The notes below the pieces were generated by a model. The model did not search any database and was not told where the DNA came from. It saw nothing but the letters and a program-made list of their open reading frames with translations. A stretch of 64,000 bases of DNA from a virus. Its lineage: Duplodnaviria; Caudoviricetes. Both the position numbers and the translations under genes were made by a program. The first letter of the stretch is position 1; each line of letters opens with the position of its first letter. The stretch covers positions 1 through 64,000 of the IMG/VR virus record IMGVR_UViG_3300037067_016777. One strand, 5' to 3'. This document shows, piece after piece, positions 57,399-64,000 of this stretch.

Positions 57399-60300
57399 CT
57401 AGTAATCGTAGTCTTCGTCGTCGTCATCTTCCGTGGCCGGTACGTATTCGACTTCCATGTCTTTGACTTTATCGTAGAACTTAATCTCATCAACCTTCAC
57501 GCCACAGCCGTATTGATTGGCCTGCACGTAAAGCTTGTTTATTGTCCATCCGTTGATATCAATCCCACGCTCGATGACGTAACCAACCATATTCTCGATC
57601 CATCTAGGCCAGAGATTACTTGGCACCGACAGATCTTCTTTGTGATCTTCCCACAGATCGCCGTCGTCATCAACGTAATCTTCGAGGAACTTGGTACGTT
57701 GCTCTTCATACCAAGCTGCTCTAATCAATTCATACGCTTTCTGTTCTATGGCATGGATCGGCCTTCTCATCAGCCGTTCCTTCTTCTTCGCCTTCTCCGC
57801 TTTCTGCTCCTCTACCACGAACGAAGTGATGTTATCTTCGAAGATGATAACGATGGTTTGATTTCTCCAAGTCAGATCGTCTGGTTTTAGAGAAATACCA
57901 CGGCAACCTGATAACCTGAAATGCAACTCGTCTTGCTTCTTTTCCCATCTGACGCGAACTGTGGCACATTCCGGGCTTTCGACGCGACCTGTCATCAATT
58001 TCTTCGTCATCGAAGCGTGATATTGCAAGTAGTAGAGACAGACGCTCTCGTCCTTCGGATCGGCAGCCACCGCAAGCGGCTTTAGCCACGGCCTACGACC
58101 GTGCTCACGTCTTCCATCAAGAAATTCTGACCATTCAGGTGGATTCGCAGCCACATCAGCCAATTCTGCCAATGCGTAATCAGCAGCCTGCTTCCGTTCT
58201 GCGTCTGTCAGATGTTCTTGTGATCGTGCACCGATTAGCCATTCACTCCATCGCGGATGACTCCACACCAATTGCCAACTCTCATGTCGCTTGTCGACGA
58301 CGGCCCACTCTTTCATGGATGCACGACGCACAAACACGCCACAATCAAATTGGATGATATTCTCACCGTTTGTAGATGCAAGAACCGATCCAAGCTGCGT
58401 GTCAGCACACAATTTCCAGATTTCCTCTTGGACCCAAACATTCTCGGAATTCTCGCACCGTAGAACTGCATAGCTTTTGTCTGGTCGGTAGAAGATCGCC
58501 AGAGCCTTGTCGTCTCGAAGTTTTTCTACCGCTTGCTCGTGTGCTTCGGCCAGTGCCTCATTGTCGAGCAATTTCCGACGACCGAACTCGGCCACAATCA
58601 TTCGCAACGCTTTGGCGTCTTCTGACAGTAACGCCCGATGCTCTCGTGTCTTGAATTTCCACCATTTGATCAATGCATCAATACTACGTTCTGCTCTCGC
58701 AAATGATACATTGTGTTTTCCTGCAATGACGCCGATCAACAATTGGCGAAATGGAGCTTCTTCCTCTGCCTCCTTTTTCTTGATCGCGAGTGCGACCTTG
58801 AGTAGCGGAATCATATTGAGATAATGGTGCCGGTTCGTCCGCGACCGAATGTAAAACTCGATATCAGCAACAGTGACGCTATCGATGTTGATAATGAAAT
58901 CATCGGCCTTGTAGATCAGATAACTCACGCGTGGCGCATTTTGATTCCGGCCCCGCCAGTTGTTGTGGTCTGACTTATATAGGAACCTAAAACTTCTTTC
59001 ATCGACCTTTCTATCGATGATGTGGATTTCGTCGCTTGATGGCCTGTAAGCATGCTTGGTCCCTTGCCGCTCATGCAGATCGCGTCTGCCAGCATAATGA
59101 CCCTCAAACTCACCGATAATCCTACAACCAACCTCCAATTCACCATTCACGGCACCTAGCCATTTGTCAAAATCGGGCCGTCCTGTTCCAAGCAGATTCT
59201 CTGCGTCGTATCGCAGCGTTACGTGCTTCTGTCCTTCCAAGTTGCAGACGTTTATCGGCTCGTTGATGGGAAGCGGATGAAACACCTTCGTTCGATCAAG
59301 CAGACCTTGGATCATAATTAGGACGGTGTAGAAACGACGCTTCTTCGCTTCTGCCTTATCCATAGCCTGCATATACTTCGCAGAACCCGGCGTCAGCGGT
59401 TTCTTCACCTTATCGTGCGTATCCCAATCGGTGTGCGACTCATAGAAGAAGTGCTCGAATTCGTCTTTTCGCGGCAAGAACACTTCATCGACCCACAACG
59501 TTGTGTGAATGCGATATAGGTTCTCGCCATTGCGAATCAGAATGTAGAGGCATTTGTTTTGCCGGTTCAACTCTGAATTGACAAACGGATTGTCGTCGTA
59601 GAATTTCGGATTACGACGCGGCTTGATTGCAACAACGCCCCTGATCTCAGGGAGAACTTGTTGTAGATGCTCGGGGTCACTAACCCATGCGTCGAACTCT
59701 TCGACCGCTTTGAAATCGAGGCCACCACGTTTTGCAAAGTCTGCAGCTACCGCTGATTCTTCGTCCATGAATAAAACTTGTTGCCGAATGACGATCTTCT
59801 CGTCTTCTGATGCTGGTTCACCAGACTTGATTCGGACAATCTCTTCATCCTGACCAAGATATGCATTAATCATGTAAATGGCTTCCTGTGCCATTTCGAT
59901 CTGTCGTGTCAGAATAGCCGTCTTGGCTTTCAGAATCAGTGCTTGCTCTTGAATGAGCGTTTGCAATGCCGAGTGACGCTTCGCTATTTGATTCTTCGTG
60001 ACTGCGAACGCCGTCTTCACTCGCTTGAGATTCTTGGCGGCAATAGCCGGGTTCGTACGACTCGCCATTGCAACGAGATCGGTGCTGGTCGGCTGCCTTT
60101 GTGCTGGCCGTGTGTTGTCGGCCAATAGTTTCGGTGTCGAAGCCGACTCGATAAGGTTGTCTTGGCGGTCGCCGACTGCATGTAAACTCGACATAAGATC
60201 GGCAAGCTCATCCTGTCGTTCTCTAATCCCCTCTGGAGCATATGCAAAATGATCCAAGAAAGTATCGAGCGAGAACGTCCAAGTACTTTCACCTTGGATG

Positions 60301-60422
60301 AGCGTTACTTCATCCCCCTCAATCTCCGACAAATACCATAGACTTCCGACCTCACACCGGTTGCTGTCTCGGTCTTCGGACTCGTCGATACGCTCAATCA
60401 GTCTATAATATCCTTGTTCCAT
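57399..60422 (-). CDS. Large conserved phage protein with N-terminal coiled coil
   Basis: 1007-aa ORF; RQ.VLFMDEE..FD.W...LPE.RGVVA..PRR motif. Confidence 0.85.
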   Translation of the reverse strand: MEQGYYRLIERIDESEDRDSNRCEVGSLWYLSEIEGDEVTLIQGESTWTFSLDTFLDHFAYAPEGIRERQDELADLMSSLHAVGDRQDNLIESASTPKLLADNTRPAQRQPTSTDLVAMASRTNPAIAAKNLKRVKTAFAVTKNQIAKRHSALQTLIQEQALILKAKTAILTRQIEMAQEAIYMINAYLGQDEEIVRIKSGEPASEDEKIVIRQQVLFMDEESAVAADFAKRGGLDFKAVEEFDAWVSDPEHLQQVLPEIRGVVAIKPRRNPKFYDDNPFVNSELNRQNKCLYILIRNGENLYRIHTTLWVDEVFLPRKDEFEHFFYESHTDWDTHDKVKKPLTPGSAKYMQAMDKAEAKKRRFYTVLIMIQGLLDRTKVFHPLPINEPINVCNLEGQKHVTLRYDAENLLGTGRPDFDKWLGAVNGELEVGCRIIGEFEGHYAGRRDLHERQGTKHAYRPSSDEIHIIDRKVDERSFRFLYKSDHNNWRGRNQNAPRVSYLIYKADDFIINIDSVTVADIEFYIRSRTNRHHYLNMIPLLKVALAIKKKEAEEEAPFRQLLIGVIAGKHNVSFARAERSIDALIKWWKFKTREHRALLSEDAKALRMIVAEFGRRKLLDNEALAEAHEQAVEKLRDDKALAIFYRPDKSYAVLRCENSENVWVQEEIWKLCADTQLGSVLASTNGENIIQFDCGVFVRRASMKEWAVVDKRHESWQLVWSHPRWSEWLIGARSQEHLTDAERKQAADYALAELADVAANPPEWSEFLDGRREHGRRPWLKPLAVAADPKDESVCLYYLQYHASMTKKLMTGRVESPECATVRVRWEKKQDELHFRLSGCRGISLKPDDLTWRNQTIVIIFEDNITSFVVEEQKAEKAKKKERLMRRPIHAIEQKAYELIRAAWYEEQRTKFLEDYVDDDGDLWEDHKEDLSVPSNLWPRWIENMVGYVIERGIDINGWTINKLYVQANQYGCGVKVDEIKFYDKVKDMEVEYVPATEDDDDEDYDY

Positions 60423-60427
60423 GATTA

Positions 60428-60481
60428 GTTATAGCACGAGTAATTATCGATGTTAACTAAGACATCTGTTCGTGCTATAAC
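60428..60481. promoter_or_regulatory. Overlapping divergent promoters sharing one TTAA
   Basis: Minus strand TTAACA-17-TATAAC and plus strand TTAACT-17-TATAAC; ATG 5 nt beyond each -10. Confidence 0.85.
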
Positions 60482-60486
60482 TAACC

Positions 60487-60642
60487 ATGGCCAACCGAAT
60501 ACGTACCTACGACAAAGTTTTTATTCGATGCCCATACTGTAGGGTGGGCTATTGGGTGATGCCCAAATCTGACGGTCGCAGCGCCAGGTGTCACAAATGC
60601 AACAAATCGTTCATTGTCGATATTGGTAGAAAGAAGCGGTAA
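60487..60642 (+). CDS. Small zinc-ribbon protein
   Basis: 51 aa, below the track cut-off: IRCPYC...ARCHKCNKSF. Confidence 0.65.
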   Translation: MANRIRTYDKVFIRCPYCRVGYWVMPKSDGRSARCHKCNKSFIVDIGRKKR

Positions 60643-61127
60643 TGAGACAACTGGTGATAACAGAGATCGAAGAACTGATCATGTCGCTTGGCAACCACCC
60701 AGGATTGTGTTTTTATTATACCAAATATATAATCGACATCTTGAAGCGATATGGCTATAACGCAGTGCCGCAAGCAGGATCGATGCAATGGAGGCGATTG
60801 AAGGAAGACGATGGTGTATGCGCTACGCATTTCTCATATATGTGGAATCCAGCTACACCAATAAGCACAATTTCTATGGCACTTGGTCAGTTGCCAGAGA
60901 TGCACTGCTGGGTTGGATTAATCGACGAGCAGGAGGTTGTCGATTTCAGTACTAGACATTTGAAAAGTGCTGCTGCGGCAATAGGGATGGAATGGACAGC
61001 TGAAGATCCGCCGCAGTATTTATGGTGTGCGGTAGGCGATATCCCGGAGTCAGCTTATTATATACCAAACCGCGAAGCAACAATCTATGCTGGATTGTTA
61101 ATGGAGCAGTTCAAAAATAGACTATGA
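60642..61127 (+). CDS. Hypothetical protein
   Basis: TAATG coupling; C...HCWV..D possible catalytic triad. Confidence 0.75.
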   Translation: MRQLVITEIEELIMSLGNHPGLCFYYTKYIIDILKRYGYNAVPQAGSMQWRRLKEDDGVCATHFSYMWNPATPISTISMALGQLPEMHCWVGLIDEQEVVDFSTRHLKSAAAAIGMEWTAEDPPQYLWCAVGDIPESAYYIPNREATIYAGLLMEQFKNRL

Positions 61128-61251
61128 GAAAAGATGATAGTAATGTAAGGGAACGAGTGCGACACACGCGTAATGCTGGCGGATATGGCAAACGCGGAGT
61201 GAATAAGCGAGTTCGGAAAAATATCAAACAGAAAATACAACGCGGACAAGT

Positions 61252-61491
61252 CTAGCTCTTCTGTGCAATCAGATAACGCCGTAGAGAGTTGAGCCCGCAG
61301 CAACAACCGGCTCCGAAGGCAGGAGATATATCTGCAGTTGGTTGTCCTGCTATCTTATCATAAATGCTGCAGATAAAACGGCATTGAAGACTCGGATGTG
61401 GTACTAAATAGACACACGAGCCATCGACATCAGCTTGTCCCCAGCCGCAAGGAGCTTTTCGACAACAATAGCCACAATGTATGCATTCCAT
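61252..61491 (-). CDS. YkgJ-like CxxCxxCC cysteine-cluster protein
   Basis: CIHCGYCC..PC...CVYL...CSIY. Confidence 0.7.
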   Translation of the reverse strand: MECIHCGYCCRKAPCGWGQADVDGSCVYLVPHPSLQCRFICSIYDKIAGQPTADISPAFGAGCCCGLNSLRRYLIAQKS

Positions 61492-61690
61492 TTGTATTTT
61501 CATAGCACAAAGGTAGCCATTCTTAAACTGCGTATTTTAGGTCTAGGAGGGAAATATGCAAGTAAATATTTGCGGCAAATGTCAACAAGATGAGACATGC
61601 GATCAAGAGTGCTATTGTCCATATATTATCAGATTCTCTGGTAGTTTAGAAGAATTTGAGAAACTTATGAAATTCGTCGAAGAAAAGCAA

Positions 61691-61719
61691 TTAAATAGTT
61701 GATAGCCTCGTGCTATGAC
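61691..61719 (+). promoter_or_regulatory. Conserved phage promoter (leaderless)
   Basis: TTAAAT-17bp(..TCGTGC)-TATGAC; ATG 5 nt downstream. Confidence 0.75.
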
Positions 61720-61724
61720 CATTT

Positions 61725-62966
61725 ATGGTGAATAAGAAAACCAAGAAATTTGATAGGAAGAAGACGTATAACGGCGCATCGCTATTTCGCAGTTTTGTGG
61801 ATTATGTCTTCGAAAGAGATTCGACTCCAGAGGCCATTCGTCTTGATTTGGTGAAGGCGTTCAACCGATCAATGAAATGGGCATTAAATAAAGGTGAAAT
61901 CGTACGAAAGCCAGTTCGCGTAATGGCTGTGAACGAAATGGACGATTCTATCGTCCGATATGCCAGAAAGGTAATGGACGCAACACAATCATCTATATTC
62001 GGATTCGAGCAGCCGGCACAACTATTGTGGACGATTCTTAACCCAGCAATTCAAATTATGAAAGCGCTTGGCGATAAGCAATACGCCAAGCGTAAGAAGA
62101 TGAATGAACAGGCAGAAGCAGATTTTTCCATATTGGCGGAATTTGTAACTCCAGCGTACGATAAGCATGTTCTCGGTAAGCCGATTAATGACATGCTAAA
62201 CGACGTAATGCGATACTTGATTGATTTAAGCACATTCGATGGTGGTATCTATGTTGCAGATATGCTTGATAGCGATCATGGGCCGTTATTTCCCACGCCG
62301 GTCGTGGGAATAGCGAAAGAGATGAGGGTAAAAGATTTCAAGATAAACCGCAAAGTAAGGTCCGGCTATGGTATAGGTATGTTGAATAAGGGTGACCTTA
62401 AGTGGCTGGAGATTGAGTACAACGGTAATCAATTGCCTGTCTACATCCAAAAGCATGCTATAGACAGGCTTGTTGAAAGAACCGCACCAATAAGCGATTC
62501 AAATGCAGCAATATATATGATGGTGTGCGATTCTGTCTCAGAACCGGCTATATGCAGCCGCAACCATGACGGCTTTCTATTAGAGTGTAGATCACACAAT
62601 CGAAAGCTTGGATATTTCGGTTGCGTAGCAATACACAATGCTATCCTTATCACGACATTCCTGTTCTTGACGATGGATGGTACGCCAGAAGGCGAGCGGT
62701 TATGGCAGAAGCTGCGCCTCGGGCGTCAAGATAAAGAGTATCTTGGACTTGACAATTTACGAACATTTGTGAGCTCGGATATACGTTCTGATATTGCGCT
62801 ATCGCGTCTTCTTGGTGAATGTAGCTGCGGGCACCTGCTAAAGATAGAAGATAGCAATAGTATTGTGGTGTCTGGTGTGGCGGAGGATGTTCGGAATTAT
62901 CTGAGCAGTAATGAGAAGATACCAGTTTCAGTCATAAGTGCAGACCTCAGTAGTATACTGGGCTAA
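61725..62966 (+). CDS. Hypothetical protein
   Basis: 413 aa; YIQ.HA..RL.ER and TFLFLT..GTPEG motifs. Confidence 0.8.
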   Translation: MVNKKTKKFDRKKTYNGASLFRSFVDYVFERDSTPEAIRLDLVKAFNRSMKWALNKGEIVRKPVRVMAVNEMDDSIVRYARKVMDATQSSIFGFEQPAQLLWTILNPAIQIMKALGDKQYAKRKKMNEQAEADFSILAEFVTPAYDKHVLGKPINDMLNDVMRYLIDLSTFDGGIYVADMLDSDHGPLFPTPVVGIAKEMRVKDFKINRKVRSGYGIGMLNKGDLKWLEIEYNGNQLPVYIQKHAIDRLVERTAPISDSNAAIYMMVCDSVSEPAICSRNHDGFLLECRSHNRKLGYFGCVAIHNAILITTFLFLTMDGTPEGERLWQKLRLGRQDKEYLGLDNLRTFVSSDIRSDIALSRLLGECSCGHLLKIEDSNSIVVSGVAEDVRNYLSSNEKIPVSVISADLSSILG

Positions 62967-63146
62967 TCTTCCAGTAAGCTCTTCTTCGGCTCTATAGATC
63001 TTGTCGAAGTAGTATGTGTTTGGTTTAGCCTTCACATGGGCTCGCTCTAATCTGAAAAAGTCGATATAATCGCCCATCTGGCACCACATGACGGCTGGCC
63101 ACCAAACATTTGGCCCGTGTGAAGCTGGCTGAACTTGAATAATCAT
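62928..63146 (-). CDS. Hypothetical protein
   Basis: Short ORF with ATG at 63146. Confidence 0.45.
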   Translation of the reverse strand: MIIQVQPASHGPNVWWPAVMWCQMGDYIDFFRLERAHVKAKPNTYYFDKIYRAEEELTGRLAQYTTEVCTYD

Positions 63147-63158
63147 AATACTTAAATA

Positions 63159-63193
63159 CGACAACGGGGAGCAATTACCGCTCCCCGTTGTCG
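63159..63193. terminator. Strong hairpin, probable terminator
   Basis: 14-bp perfect stem CGACAACGGGGAGC/GCTCCCCGTTGTCG with T-rich flanks. Confidence 0.75.
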
Positions 63194-63492
63194 ACGCATT
63201 TCACTTTTTCTTTTTCATTTTAATATTATATATCGCACATGCCAGATTATAGGGCTTATCGGTAGCGGGGTGGTTCGTTGATAATTCTAGACTTATCAAT
63301 GAGACCCGGAACGTTTAAGTTACCCTAGGCGGGCAATCCCGTAGACCTTATCTGGTCGGTCACGACTACCACTATTTTCCAAGTGGCAACCGAGTTGTAT
63401 CTTCTCCTTTCTTGACAACTATTTGGTGGAATGAGCTTATAAGCGACGGGTACGTGTCGGTACTATGAGCCGACCCCTACTCCAAACAGGGC

Positions 63493-63942
63493 TTAATCAG
63501 GCACCCACAGACGCTTGTCATCTGCCCATTCAGGGATTAATAATTCACGCTTTCGCGTGAACCACAAAAGAAGTTTCGTTGCACGATCGGCATTTGCTTT
63601 ACTGATGCGACCGCACCGAAGCGTAAACGACGCTAGCTTTTGAGCGAGCGAATCGCGGCCGTCTTGGTTGAGCATCATTGTGAAAGGCTCGACATAGTTA
63701 ACTGGTCGTTCTGATTTCTGCAGCGATGTTGCTAAGAATCGGCGAAATGTGGTCATATTGCCGATGGAGACGGCATTGGCGTAATGGTGCGCTGCTTCGA
63801 AAGCTTCCTTCCGTAGCATTTCACGTGCTTCCTTATGCTCGTTGGACCATTCGCTGTGGCGGGCGAGAGCGTTTCGGCCCATGGCGTTGAACCCACCGCG
63901 AAACGCGCCGTCGATACGCATTTTTCGCTCCCACCAGTTCAC
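63493..63942 (-). CDS. Hypothetical protein
   Basis: 149-aa ORF. Confidence 0.6.
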   Translation of the reverse strand: MNWWERKMRIDGAFRGGFNAMGRNALARHSEWSNEHKEAREMLRKEAFEAAHHYANAVSIGNMTTFRRFLATSLQKSERPVNYVEPFTMMLNQDGRDSLAQKLASFTLRCGRISKANADRATKLLLWFTRKRELLIPEWADDKRLWVPD

Positions 63943-64000
63943 TTCATAGAGTGTTGGGGTGGGGATAAATAGTTCAGTCTGCAGGCTCGTCTTGGCGACG

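Noticed and set aside
1-64000. Stop-codon reassignment
   Set aside because: Recognisable genes (ligase, helicase, ATPases) are full length in the standard code, and TAA, TAG and TGA all end genes.

Overview
This window looks like 64 kb of a large (jumbo-type) tailed dsDNA phage genome read in the standard bacterial code. It is densely packed with small hypothetical ORFs. Recognisable genes include a collagen/discoidin fibre gene (5'-truncated), DNA and SAM methyltransferases, a Pol-beta nucleotidyltransferase, an HNH endonuclease, an SF2 helicase, a GHKL ATPase, an NAD-dependent ligase, a tRNA-Leu(UAA), and a Ycf46-like AAA/DUF3150/DUF1257/DUF2997 cluster that hints at a Planctomycetota host (inference). 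All family names come from motif recognition by eye, not database searches. Four signals stand out. (1) About 31 copies of a bipartite motif TTAAnn-N11-TCGTGC-TAYRAn, 25 of them with an exact 17-bp sigma70-type spacer. These head transcription units and build a cassette-like promoter/hairpin/RBS/gene array at 39.7-50.7 kb. (2) Three tandem paralogous genes (51.3-54.2 kb) made of 13 copies of a ~65-aa module with a conserved scaffold and a hypervariable helix, a candidate modular DNA-binding family. (3) An adjacent 749-aa sigma70-like factor embedded between two arrays of five HTH repeats and driven from a perfect 28-bp inverted-repeat double promoter. (4) An AAA+ ATPase whose Walker B segment lies before Walker A.
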